Source of the DNA: an uncultured delta proteobacterium
Lineage (GTDB): Bacteria; Myxococcota_A; Polyangia; Palsa-1104
NCBI GenBank assembly: GCA_963785725.1
Contig: CAWAWS010000007.1
Span: 256,001 to 320,000, forward strand
DNA length: 64,000 nt
Reading direction: 5' to 3'
A program made the translations under genes and the position numbers. The notes beneath the pieces are model-generated. The model made no database searches. It was not told the DNA's origin and saw only the letters and a list, made by a program, of their open reading frames with translations. Below, piece after piece: positions 1-9,575 of this stretch (its first letter is position 1; each line of letters begins with the position of its first letter).

Positions 1-1050
1 GCGCTCGCCGACTTCGAGACCTTGAGCCGCATGTCGGGCCCGCTCGCCGGCGGCAAAGGCGCCTATTGGCGCGGCCGCGCGCTCGATTCGTTGTCGCGCA
101 CCGACGAGGCCAAGAGCGTGTGGCGCGCGCTCGTGACCGAGTATCCGTTCTCGTATTACGCGCTGCAGGCGCGCTTGCGGCTGAAGGAAAAAGGCGTCGA
201 CGTCGGTCAATTCGGCGACGGCCCGCGCGGCACGGCGCCGCCGCTCGCCGCCGTCGACGCGAAGCTGTCGTCCGATCCGCTGCTCCAGCGCGTCGACGAG
301 CTGCTCGCTGCCGGCCTCACCGTCGAAGCCGGCCTCGAGCTGCGTCGCGGCGAAGGCGAGCTCATGAAGCGCTACGGCGCGGCGCGAGCGCTCCCGCTCC
401 TGTTCGATCGTTATCTGCGCGGCGACAACTTCAATCGCCCGCATTCGCTCGCGGAGTCCTACTCGGGCGCGGCGCTGCGCCTCGACCCGCAGCGTGACGA
501 CGAGGCGCGCAAGTGGTGGGAGATCGTCTATCCGCGCGCCTACCGGCAGCACGTCGAGAAGTACGCGGCGACCGGTGACAACCCGCCCTATTATCTTTAT
601 ACGATCATGCAGAAGGAGTCGGCTTACAACCCGCATGACGTGTCCTACGCCGACGCCATCGGCCTCTTGCAGATGATTCCGCCGACGAGCCGACGCGTGG
701 CTCTGCGCATCGAAGCCGCTTATACCGACGACGTCTTATATGATCCCGAAGGTAATATTCGTTTCGGCGCCTGGTATATCGGCCATTTGTTACAGAAGTT
801 CAAAGGCCAGATCGCGCTCGGCGCCGGCAGCTACAACGCCGGTCCGCGCGCGATGATGAAGTGGGTCAAGCTCTACGGCGCTCGCCCGCTCGACGAATTC
901 ATCGAGCTGACGCCCTATACGCAGACGCGCGAATACATGAAGAAGGTGCTCGACATCTATTCGCGTTATGTCTGGCTCTACGACAAGAAGGATTATTTGC
1001 CCGATAATAAAATCGATACTGCATTTCTCGAAAACGATATCGATTACTGA
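1..1050 (+). CDS. Soluble lytic transglycosylase (TPR + SLT domain), 5' end outside window
   Basis: Frame open from base 1; SLT motifs IMQKES, GLLQMIP, SYNAG, TREYMKKV. Confidence 0.9.
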   Translation, partial: ALADFETLSRMSGPLAGGKGAYWRGRALDSLSRTDEAKSVWRALVTEYPFSYYALQARLRLKEKGVDVGQFGDGPRGTAPPLAAVDAKLSSDPLLQRVDELLAAGLTVEAGLELRRGEGELMKRYGAARALPLLFDRYLRGDNFNRPHSLAESYSGAALRLDPQRDDEARKWWEIVYPRAYRQHVEKYAATGDNPPYYLYTIMQKESAYNPHDVSYADAIGLLQMIPPTSRRVALRIEAAYTDDVLYDPEGNIRFGAWYIGHLLQKFKGQIALGAGSYNAGPRAMMKWVKLYGARPLDEFIELTPYTQTREYMKKVLDIYSRYVWLYDKKDYLPDNKIDTAFLENDIDY

Positions 1051-1796
1051 TGGAATGGAATCCGGCACAATACGGTAAGTTCGGCGACGCGCGCCGCCAG
1101 CCGTTCGTCGACCTCCTGGCGCTCATCGGCGCGCCGTCGGGCATACGCGCCGTCGATCTCGGCTGCGGCCCCGGCAACCTCACGCGTGAGCTGGCCGACG
1201 CGCTGCCGCACTCGGACGTCGTCGGCATCGACTCGTCGGCCGAGATGCTGACGGTCGCCGCCGCGCTGGCGCGACCCGGGCTGCGCTTCGAGCTCGGTCG
1301 CATCGAAGACTTCGCGGCCGCGGGCCCGGACGGTGACGCCTACGACCTCGTGTTCTCCAACGCCGCGCTGCACTGGCTGCCCGATCACGCGCACCTCTTG
1401 CCCGGTTTGTGGTCGCGCGTCAAAGCCGGCGGGCAAATCGCCGTGCAGCTGCCCGCCGACGACTTCAACCCGATGCGTCAGATCTTCGCCGACGCCGCCG
1501 GCTGGCGCCATGCCATGGGCTCGCTCGACATCAGCGCCTACGCCGAGATCCTCTTCGCGCTCGGCGCCCGCGATATCACGGTGTTCGAGAAGATCTACCC
1601 GCATGTGCTGCCCGACGCCGACGCCGTCCTGGAATGGGCGCGCGGCACCGCGCTGTTACCCTATCTCGAAAGGCTGCCGCCCGCGCAACGCCAACCCTAT
1701 CTCGACGAGGTGCGGCGCCGGCTGCAGCTCGAATATTCGCGCCGACCGGTCTTCTTTCCCTTTCGGCGCATCATCTTTCACGCGCGACGTGCGTAG
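1050..1796 (+). CDS. tam: Trans-aconitate 2-methyltransferase-like SAM methyltransferase
   Basis: N-terminal WNPAQY..F...R.QP, VDLGCGPG, FSNAALHW, C-terminal FPFRRI; TGATG overlap with slt. Confidence 0.8.
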   Translation: MEWNPAQYGKFGDARRQPFVDLLALIGAPSGIRAVDLGCGPGNLTRELADALPHSDVVGIDSSAEMLTVAAALARPGLRFELGRIEDFAAAGPDGDAYDLVFSNAALHWLPDHAHLLPGLWSRVKAGGQIAVQLPADDFNPMRQIFADAAGWRHAMGSLDISAYAEILFALGARDITVFEKIYPHVLPDADAVLEWARGTALLPYLERLPPAQRQPYLDEVRRRLQLEYSRRPVFFPFRRIIFHARRA

Positions 1797-1814
1797 AATG
1801 TAGGAGGAGGAGCC

Positions 1815-2030
1815 ATGGCCAAGTTCAAAGGCAAAGTGGTGCGCTCGGATCTCGAAGGCGGCTTCTGGACGCTCGTCGCCGACGACGGCGAGACCTACAA
1901 GCTCGAAGGTGGCGACGCCACGCTGCTCAAAGTTGGCGTCAAAGCCGAGGTCGAAGGCAACGTCGAGCAGGCGATGGGCATCGGCTTCGGCGCGCCCGTG
2001 CTGAGCGTCAAGAAGTTCAAAATCATATGA
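1815..2030 (+). CDS. Small beta-rich hypothetical protein (71 aa)
   Basis: Strong SD AGGAGGAGG, TAGAAT upstream, host-like codon usage. Confidence 0.8.
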   Translation: MAKFKGKVVRSDLEGGFWTLVADDGETYKLEGGDATLLKVGVKAEVEGNVEQAMGIGFGAPVLSVKKFKII

Positions 2031-2064
2031 TAGGCTGCGCGCGTCAACAGCGACGGAGAACGCG

Positions 2065-2592
2065 ATGAAGTTCGAGCTCAAGCATTCGTTCGATGCCTCG
2101 GTCGACGCGGTATTGGACGCGATGATCGATCCGGCCTATCCCGAGTTCATGAAGTCGCACATGAAGCTGATGAGCGACATCAAGCCCATCGATCGCAAGC
2201 AGGACGGCGATCGCTTGTCGTGGCGCATCCGCTGTGTGCCGGTGCCGATGATCAAGAAGGTCGGGCCGAAAGAGGTGCCGCCCGAGGCGCTGGCGTTCGT
2301 TCAGGAGTCGACGATCGACCGCGCGGCCAAGCGCATCGCGTTCAAGAACGTGGCCGAGCATCGCCAGGTCTTGAAGCACCTGGAGAACTCGGGCAGCTTC
2401 ACGTTCCGCGACGTCGGCGGTCGCACCGAGCGCACGATCGGCGGCGAGCTCAAGGTCGTCAACCTGCCGTTCCTGCTCAAGCCGCTGGCGGTCATCGCCG
2501 AGCGGCTGATCTACTCGAACGCCGAAGATCTCTTGAACGAAGAGGCCAAGGTGTTCGGCGAATTCTTGAAGTCGCGCAAGCCCGCCGCGTAA
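2065..2592 (+). CDS. START/SRPBCC-like (DUF2505-like) protein
   Basis: MKFELKHSFDASVDAV start typical of Bet v1/START folds; GGAG SD. Confidence 0.65.
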   Translation: MKFELKHSFDASVDAVLDAMIDPAYPEFMKSHMKLMSDIKPIDRKQDGDRLSWRIRCVPVPMIKKVGPKEVPPEALAFVQESTIDRAAKRIAFKNVAEHRQVLKHLENSGSFTFRDVGGRTERTIGGELKVVNLPFLLKPLAVIAERLIYSNAEDLLNEEAKVFGEFLKSRKPAA

Positions 2593-2711
2593 TTTCCGCT
2601 CCAAACGACCCGCGCGTCCCGCACGAAGCTGCTTCGTCGGACGCGTCGGCGCGCGCGCAAGATTCACGACAGAAATCGATGAGGAAGAGAAGGGCGGAAG
2701 CGCGCTGCGAC

Positions 2712-4307
2712 TTACTGCGTGGCCTTCTGGCCGTCGTGCAAGTTGTCGGCGCCGGCCGAGACGACGATGTCGCCGCCGCTCAAGCCGCTGCCGATGAGCG
2801 CCTCCGAGCCGTCGCGGTCGACGACGCTGACGTTGCGCTGGTGCACGGCGCCGTCGGCCAAGACGTAGACGACGTCGCCGGTCTCGCGATGCGTCAGCGC
2901 CGTCGCCGGCACCGGCACGACGTTCGGCACGCGCTGCTTCACCAGCCGCACGGCGTCGCCCGCCTTGACCGTCGTCTCTTCCGGCAGCTCGACAGTCACG
3001 GTGCCGTCGACGATCTTGGCCACGCGACCGCTGATCGGTGCGCCGCCGAGCGCCGGCTGCAACTGCGCCACTTCGCCCGGCTTCAGCGCCGCCGCGTCCG
3101 CACCCAGCTTGAGCTCGGCGATGGCGTGCTTGTCGGCCAGCTTCAACACCGGATCGCCCGGCTTGGCGTCGCTGCCCGCCTGCGCCAAGACCTGCGCGAC
3201 GGTACCCGCGCCCGGCGCGATCAGCCGCACCTTGGCCGCGCGCGCCTCGAGCTCCGCCATCAGCTTCTTCTTCTCGGCGACTTTGCCTTCCGCCGCCGCG
3301 GTCGCGCCGGCATCGCCCTTGGCCTTCGCCGTCGCCAGCTGCTTCTCGTAAAAGGACGCGCGATCTTTGACGTCCGCGAGCTCCTTCTCGATCTTGGCGT
3401 ACGACTCCAGCGTCGCCAGCGGCATGCCCGCTTTGGCTTCCGTGCCCGCGGCCACGACGTCGCTGACTTTGCCCGCTTCGCCGAACGACAGCGTCTGCCC
3501 TTCGGACTTGCGCACCGTCGCCGTCGCGTCATACAGCCGCACGACTTCGCGCGGCGTCGCGACGACCGTCGCCACCTTCGCCGTCGTGCCGCTCATGAAC
3601 TTGATGTAGGCGACGATCGCCGCCACCACCAGCAGCACCAAGAACAGAATCAGCAGCGAGCCCGCGCTCGACTTCGACGCCTTCGGCTCGGCGCGCGCGA
3701 CCGCGCCCGTCGTCATCTCGTCGTGCACGCGCGGCGTGTTCGCTTGCGGCGGCGTCGGCGCCGGCGGCAACGCCTTCGGCTCCGGCTCCTTGGCGACGAC
3801 CGCCGGCGTCAGCGGCCGCACCGGCGGCGACGGCTCCGGCTCGTCGTGCTCGTCCGGCGCGTCGGGCTCGGAGTCGGCGTCGTTCGTCGGCAGCTCGGTG
3901 ACCATCGACGGCGTCGCCGCGAACTCGTCATCGTCCGCGTGGTCGACCGGCGTCGCCGCTTTCGCGCCCGCGCCGTTCGCCGGCGACGGGGCTTCGCCCA
4001 TCATCGTCCGCGCGTCCGGCGCCGCCCGCTGCGGCTCGCCGTCGAGCTCGAAGAACCCGAGGTCGCGCAGCTTGGCGGCGAAGTTCTCGAGGTCGGACGG
4101 GCTCGGGTGAATGCCCAGCCGTTCGCGTGCCCACGAGGCCACTTCGTCGAAGGGACGCCGGCCATCCATGCGCTCGGCGATCAACCACTCGAAGTCGTAC
4201 AGCCGCATGCGCGCGCCCGACTTCGGGTCGCTCACGTCGAAATATTTGACGCCCTGTTCTTCGGTCGGCGTCGCACTCAAATCGGGTCGGATCCGCGGCG
4301 TGCTCAT
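2712..4307 (-). CDS. Membrane-anchored periplasmic adaptor (MFP/HlyD-like) with N-terminal PqqD-like domain and acidic Pro-rich linker
   Basis: ATG at 4307 overlaps the mglA stop; one TM (LLILFLVLLVVAAIVAYI); MFP motifs GKVSDV, IAPGAGTV, VPATAL, GLSGGDIVV. Confidence 0.75.
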   Translation of the reverse strand: MSTPRIRPDLSATPTEEQGVKYFDVSDPKSGARMRLYDFEWLIAERMDGRRPFDEVASWARERLGIHPSPSDLENFAAKLRDLGFFELDGEPQRAAPDARTMMGEAPSPANGAGAKAATPVDHADDDEFAATPSMVTELPTNDADSEPDAPDEHDEPEPSPPVRPLTPAVVAKEPEPKALPPAPTPPQANTPRVHDEMTTGAVARAEPKASKSSAGSLLILFLVLLVVAAIVAYIKFMSGTTAKVATVVATPREVVRLYDATATVRKSEGQTLSFGEAGKVSDVVAAGTEAKAGMPLATLESYAKIEKELADVKDRASFYEKQLATAKAKGDAGATAAAEGKVAEKKKLMAELEARAAKVRLIAPGAGTVAQVLAQAGSDAKPGDPVLKLADKHAIAELKLGADAAALKPGEVAQLQPALGGAPISGRVAKIVDGTVTVELPEETTVKAGDAVRLVKQRVPNVVPVPATALTHRETGDVVYVLADGAVHQRNVSVVDRDGSEALIGSGLSGGDIVVSAGADNLHDGQKATQ

Positions 4308-4894
4308 CACCCGCCTCGCTTGAGCTCCGTCAACACCAGCTTGGCGACCGACTTCAGCGTATCGAAGACGCCCACGCCCGTGGTGGCGACGGCCTCGAAC
4401 TCGGGCACGTTCGTCGGATTGAGCACTTTCTTCAGCTCGTCCATCGGCGCGGAGTTCGGCAAATCTCGCTTGTTGTACTGCACGCAATACGGAATCTTAT
4501 CGAGGTCGTAACCCTGGTCTTGCAGGTTTACGCGCAAGTTATCGAGCGATTCGATATTCGCTTCCATACGCTCGATCTGCGAATCAGCAACGAATACGAC
4601 ACCATCCACGCCTTTCAAGATCAGCTTGCGGCTGGCGTCGTAAAAGACCTGACCGGGCACCGTGTACAGGTGGAAGCGCGTCTTGAATCCGCGAATTTCG
4701 CCCAGTGAAAGCGGCAAAAAGTCGAAGAACAAGGTGCGCTCGGTCTCCGTGGCCAGGGAGATCATCTTCCCTTTCGCCTCGGGATTGGTCTTGTTGTAGA
4801 TGTACTGCAAGTTGGTCGTCTTCCCGCACAGGCCAGGCCCGTAGTAGACGATCTTGCAGTTGATTTCGCGGGAGCTGTAATTGATGAAGCTCAT
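4307..4894 (-). CDS. mglA: Small Ras-like GTPase MglA
   Basis: [46 protein letters not shown]. Confidence 0.98.
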   Translation of the reverse strand: MSFINYSSREINCKIVYYGPGLCGKTTNLQYIYNKTNPEAKGKMISLATETERTLFFDFLPLSLGEIRGFKTRFHLYTVPGQVFYDASRKLILKGVDGVVFVADSQIERMEANIESLDNLRVNLQDQGYDLDKIPYCVQYNKRDLPNSAPMDELKKVLNPTNVPEFEAVATTGVGVFDTLKSVAKLVLTELKRGG

Positions 4895-4912
4895 CGAAGC
4901 GGTCGGCCCCCG

Positions 4913-5395
4913 TCAGTCGTTGAACAGGTTGTCGATGTCGTCGTCGGAGATCTCTCCGAGCACCGGCGGGACGTTCCCGCTCGACATCTTCTTCACCAGC
5001 GCGTCGAAGACCTTGGTCAGCTCTTCCGAGGCCTTCTTGACTCGCAATCGCACCAAACCCAGCGACGAGCGCGTGTCGAAAAGAACGACCAAGATCGCGC
5101 GCTGCGCCACCAAAGACAGGTGGATGTTGGTCTTTTCACCTTCGTGAAATTGGCCGCTGAATTCCTTCTCCGCCAATAGCTTGGCGATGCCTCCGGTCGC
5201 GGCGACGTTACCCGCGAACAGCGACGACAGCGACGTCACGTCGAGGTGCTCGGTATTGCCGGCCCGGGCAATTTCCTGCCCGTCCTTGTTGATCACGAGA
5301 ATGGCGATCGAGTTCGAGTCTCGCTGGAGCCGATCGCAGATCACTTGGATCTGCTGCTGCTCCTCCTCGAACATAACGACCTGGGGCGTACCCAT
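4913..5395 (-). CDS. mglB: Roadblock/LC7 GTPase-activating protein MglB
   Basis: AGNVAATGGIAKL, QFHEGE, LGLVRLRVKKA, EISDDDIDNLF; directly upstream of mglA. Confidence 0.95.
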   Translation of the reverse strand: MGTPQVVMFEEEQQQIQVICDRLQRDSNSIAILVINKDGQEIARAGNTEHLDVTSLSSLFAGNVAATGGIAKLLAEKEFSGQFHEGEKTNIHLSLVAQRAILVVLFDTRSSLGLVRLRVKKASEELTKVFDALVKKMSSGNVPPVLGEISDDDIDNLFND

Positions 5396-5532
5396 CGCGG
5401 GGGCTCTCCTGTGAGCGGTCGTCCTTTGTTATCAGATTGGCCACGAATAATCAATCGGTGGCTACAACTGGCGTCGATTGCGGTGGCCTGGCTACACGCC
5501 TTCGTTGCCTACATTTCCCGACGAGAACGAGG

Positions 5533-6126
5533 TTACATCTCGCGGCGGGCTTCGAGCGCGCGCGCGATCGTGACGCCGTCGGCGTACTCGAGCTCGCCGC
5601 CGACCGCCAAGCCGGACGCGATGCGCGTGACTTTGACGCCGAGCGGCCGCAGCACCTTGGCCAGATAGAGCGCCGTCGCTTCGCCTTCGACGTTCGGTGA
5701 CGTCGCTACGATCAGCTCGCGCAGCTCATTGGACGCCACCCGCGCGAGCAGCTCCTTGATGCGCAAATCGTCGGGCCCGATGCCTTCGAGCGGCGACAAC
5801 ACGCCGTGCAGCACGTGATAACGCCCGCGAAATCCGCCGGTGCGCTCGATCGCGTACAGGTCCGGCGGCGTCGCCACGACCGCGACCAGCCCGGCGTCTC
5901 GCCGCACGTCGCTGCACAGGCCGCAGGGATCGTGCTCGGTCAAGTTCATGCACACCGAGCAGAGCCGGATCTTCTCTTTGACCTCGACCAGCGCATGCGC
6001 CAGATCGCGCGCATATTCGGCCGGCGCGCGCAGCACGTGGAACGCCAGCCGCGACGCCGTCTTCTCGCCGATCCCGGGCAGCTTCGCCAGCTCGCGAATC
6101 AGCCGTCCGATGGGATCCGTCGCCAA
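5533..6126 (-). CDS. recR: Recombination mediator RecR
   Basis: LPGIGEKTASRLA, C4 zinc finger, YHVLHG.LSP, EGEATA. Confidence 0.97.
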   Translation of the reverse strand: MATDPIGRLIRELAKLPGIGEKTASRLAFHVLRAPAEYARDLAHALVEVKEKIRLCSVCMNLTEHDPCGLCSDVRRDAGLVAVVATPPDLYAIERTGGFRGRYHVLHGVLSPLEGIGPDDLRIKELLARVASNELRELIVATSPNVEGEATALYLAKVLRPLGVKVTRIASGLAVGGELEYADGVTIARALEARREM

Positions 6127-6135
6127 AGTCGCGCC

Positions 6136-6483
6136 TTAAAACAGGCCCGGAATGTTCATGCCGCCGGTCACCGACTGCATGGCGCCCGCTTGCAGCTCCT
6201 GCGCTTTGCCGATCGCCTGATTGATGGCCGCGATGATCAGATCCTGCAGCATCGACGGATCTTTCGGATCGATGCAGGCCGGATCGATCTTGAGCGCGCG
6301 CACTTCGAGGCCGCCCGTGATCGTGACCGTCACCATGCCGCCGCCCGCCGAAGCCTCGACCGTCTTCGACTTGGCCTCGTCTTGCGCCTTCAGCATCTGC
6401 TCTTGCAGCTGCTGCGCTTGCTGCATCATGGCGCCGAGATCGAAGCCGCCACCGCCGGGAAATCCGCCGTCATTCTCACTCAT
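6136..6483 (-). CDS. ybaB: YbaB/EbfC nucleoid-associated protein
   Basis: MMQQAQQLQ, EASAGGGMV, LQDLIIAAIN; dnaX-ybaB-recR synteny. Confidence 0.95.
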   Translation of the reverse strand: MSENDGGFPGGGGFDLGAMMQQAQQLQEQMLKAQDEAKSKTVEASAGGGMVTVTITGGLEVRALKIDPACIDPKDPSMLQDLIIAAINQAIGKAQELQAGAMQSVTGGMNIPGLF

Positions 6484-6497
6484 TGGCCCACCTTCCG

Positions 6498-6571
6498 GCG
6501 AGCCGACGAGGAAGACGAGCGGTCCGCTGGCCCGACGGGCCGGACGCTCACCTTCGCTCGCTCACGCTCGC
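6498..6571. repeat. Long imperfect GC-rich hairpin (REP-like) between dnaX and ybaB
   Basis: Nested pairs GCGAGC/GCTCGC, GAAG/CTTC, GAGCG/CGCTC, GGCCCG/CGGGCC. Confidence 0.55.
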
Positions 6572-8351
6572 TCATTGGTTCTTCTCCACGTCGTCGACCA
6601 CCGGTTCGCGCCAGTTGCCACCGAAGCGCGCGTCGAGCCCTTTGCGCGCCGGGTGCTCGAGCGCCTCACGCCGTCGCTGCTCGCGATCTTCGTCGATCTT
6701 GCGCTCTTCGACTTCGATCATCGTCTCGGTCGCCGCCGCCGGCATGCCTTCGGCCGCGCCGACGATGATCTCGATCGCCAGATCTTCGCCTGTCGTCTTC
6801 TTGATGGCGGCGCGCAGCTGCGGCAAGCGCTCGCGCAGTCGATTGGCCGCAAAATCGCTATCGAAGCCGAGCGACAGATGCACCGCGTCGCGCGCCAACA
6901 GCCTCGACTGCGCGATATCACACAAGAAGGGGTCGATATTGATGACCGCTTCCAGCAGCTCGGTGAAGTTCGCCGGCGCCTTTTGTTTCGTCGGCGCCGG
7001 CTTGGCGGCAACCGGTGGCGGCGCTGGCGGCGCGAAGTCCGCGACGTCGGGCGCGCCGTAATCCGGCATGTCATTCGGTGGCGGCGGCGCGGCATTGACT
7101 GCCGGCGCCGGTCGCGACGGCGGCGCCGCCTGCGCGACCGCCGCGCGCGATCCGCCGCCCGCGCCACCACTTCCCGACGGCGGCGACGCCGCCGGCACGC
7201 CCTTTTCCACGCGCGATTCGAGGGCCTCCAGCTTCGCCAGCAGCGCGCCGATCGGCTCCAGCGGCTCGACGCGCGTCAACGCGATCAAGCCCACTTCGAG
7301 CACGTAGCGCGGCACCGGCGACTTGGCGACCTCCTCGGCGATCTTCGCGCAGCGCTCGAACAGCAGCTCCGGCAGGCCGTTCGGCGCCGCCTTGACCGTC
7401 GCCGCCAGCGCCTCGAGCTCCGACGGCGAGCCCTCGACGAGCGCGCTCGCGTCCGGCAGCGCCGCGACGACGACGAGATCGCGCAAGTGGCCGAGCAGCG
7501 CCTGCGCCAGCTGCGACAGATCCTGGCCGCGCGCGAACGCCGCATCGACGAGCGTCAAGCGCCGCCGCCGCGTTCTTGCCGAGGATCGCCTGCCCCAGCT
7601 TGTCGAGCAGCGTGCGATCGGCGACGCCGAGCGTCTCGGCCGCGCCCGCCTCGGTCAACCCCGTCGGCGACGACGCGATCACTTGATCGAGCAGCGACAG
7701 CGCGTCACGCACCGAGCCGCCCGACTCGCGCGTGATCAGCGACAGCGCGTTCTTCTCGAACGGCAGCTGTTCCGTCGTCAAAATCTGCGTCAGATGCTCG
7801 GCGATGCGCCGCTGCGGCACGAGCTTGAAGTCGTAGCGCTGCACGCGCGAGAGAATCGTCGCCGGCAGCTTGTGCGGATCGGTGGTCGCGAAGACGAAGA
7901 TCGCGTGCGGCGGCGGCTCTTCCAGCGTCTTCAGGAGCGCATTCCACGCGCCCGACGAGAGCATGTGCACTTCGTCGAGGATGTAGACTTTCTTCTTGCC
8001 GCGCACCGGCGCGTAGCGAATCGCGTCGCGCAGCTCGCGGATGTTGTCGACGCCGTTGTTGGACGCGGCGTCGATCTCTTGCACGTCGACGCTGGAGCCG
8101 TTGGTGATTTCGCGGCAGGCGTCACAGACGTTGCACGGCGTGGCCGTCGGCGCGTTCACGCACGACAAGCACTTGGCGAGGATGCGCGCCGCCGTCGTCT
8201 TGCCGACACCGCGAGCGCCCGTGAACAAAAACGCGTGATGCAGCCGCCCGGCCGCGATCGCGTTCTGCAGGGTCTGAGTGACGTGCTCTTGTCCGACGAT
8301 TTCGTCGAACGTCTGCGGGCGATACTTGCGTGCGAGGACCAAATAGGACAT
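6572..8351 (-). CDS. dnaX: DNA polymerase III subunit gamma/tau, split by one extra base near 7558 (probable sequencing error)
   Basis: LARKYRPQTF, GARGVGKTT, DEVHML, SVRDALS; removing one base at GCGCTTGACG joins ORFs 7071..8351 and 6572..7558. Confidence 0.93.
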
Positions 8352-8413
8352 GTCGCGCGTCGCTCCGCCGTCGCGGCCAGCAAACCGCTCAGGTAGCAGA
8401 TGGAACGAAAAAA

Positions 8414-8500
8414 GGTGGCTCCGGGCACCCGCGCCGCTAACTACCGTTGCTCCCTTCCGGGCCTGGCGGGGTTCGTCGGCATTGCGTCGCCCAGAGCCAA
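8414..8500 (-). ncRNA. ffs: Signal recognition particle RNA (small type)
   Basis: Core CCAGGCCCGGAAGGGAGCAAC within a long hairpin, directly upstream of dnaX. Confidence 0.92.
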
Positions 8501-8578
8501 AACTGGTCTACCACAAATCCAAAGCCGCAAACGATGTAGCACACTTCTCGTTACGGCCAAGCGATCCGTTGAAACTTA

Positions 8579-8667
<89 letters not shown>

Positions 8668-8745
8668 AACAAACTTGTGCGGCGCCACCAACCGCGACTT
8701 CCTCTGCTCTGCTCTGATTCCGTCGGAGGGAGAGGTTGGAGCGGA

Positions 8746-8848
8746 GGGTTTGGGCCCCGCGCGCAGTTCCGCAGGAGTTGTTTTTCGTGTTCGCGCAGCG
8801 AACGCGAAAAACGGCTCCGAGGACTGTTTGAGCACGGGGCCCAAACCC
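8746..8848. repeat. About 100-bp palindromic element between two tRNA-Ser genes
   Basis: Ends GGGTTTGGGCCCC/GGGGCCCAAACCC; inner TTTTTCGTGTTCGC-GCA-GCGAACGCGAAAAA. Confidence 0.75.
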
Positions 8849-8858
8849 GGAGCGACAG

Positions 8859-8947
8859 CGGAGAGGGAGGGATTCGAACCCCCGGTACCCTTGCGGGTAC
8901 ACCTGATTTCGAATCAGGCGCAATCGACCGGACTCTGCCACCTCTCC
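8859..8947 (-). tRNA. tRNA-Ser(CGA)
   Basis: Anticodon arm CCTGA-TTCGAAA-TCAGG, long variable arm. Confidence 0.96.
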
Positions 8948-8990
8948 AGGTGGTGCGAACGCAAAATACGGCGTCGAAACCGTACGAAAA

Positions 8991-9461
8991 TCAACTCGAT
9001 CGCTTGCGTAACTGGGCGAAGAAGTCGGTCAGCAGGGCGCCACATTCGGCTGCCAACGCGCTCTGCTCGACGACAACTTGGTGGTTCAAGCGGGGATCTT
9101 CCAAGAGGCGGTAGAGCGTTCGTACCGCGCCGGCCTTCGGGTTGTCACAGCCGAAGACGACCCTGTCGATGCGGGCGTTGACGATCGCGCCCGCGCACAT
9201 CGGACAGGGCTCTTGCGTCACATACAGCGTGGCGCCGACCAAGCGCCAACCGGCGACGGCTTTGGCCGCCTCGCGGATGGCGATGAGCTCCGCGTGTGCC
9301 GTCGGATCGGCGGCACTTTCACGGCGATTTCCGCCGCGACCCAAGACGACTCCGTCGACCACGATCACGGCGCCGACGGGCACTTCGCCCATCTCCGCCG
9401 CCGTCTTGGCCTCGGCGATCGCCAACTGCATGAGCTGCTCTTCTACAGGTACAAGCGTCAT
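8991..9461 (-). CDS. tadA: tRNA adenosine(34) deaminase
   Basis: EVPVGAV, DPTAHAE, EPCPMCAGA, NPKAGA, LNH. Confidence 0.95.
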   Translation of the reverse strand: MTLVPVEEQLMQLAIAEAKTAAEMGEVPVGAVIVVDGVVLGRGGNRRESAADPTAHAELIAIREAAKAVAGWRLVGATLYVTQEPCPMCAGAIVNARIDRVVFGCDNPKAGAVRTLYRLLEDPRLNHQVVVEQSALAAECGALLTDFFAQLRKRSS

Positions 9462-9474
9462 TTTCGAACTGCGG

Positions 9475-9548
9475 CGCAGCCAGAAGGATTCGAACCTCCG
9501 ACCCTCGGTTCCGTAGACCGATGCTCTATCCAGCTGAGCTATGGCTGC
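9475..9548 (-). tRNA. tRNA-Arg(ACG)
   Basis: Anticodon arm TCGGT-CTACGGA-ACCGA; D-arm AGCTCAGCTGGATAGAGC. Confidence 0.96.
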
Positions 9549-9575
9549 ATAATCTAATGCTTATTTTATTACCAG

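Noticed and set aside
7071..8351. Programmed gamma/tau frameshift in dnaX
   Set aside because: Wrong position (inside domain III), no slippery sequence, and other insertion errors occur in the window
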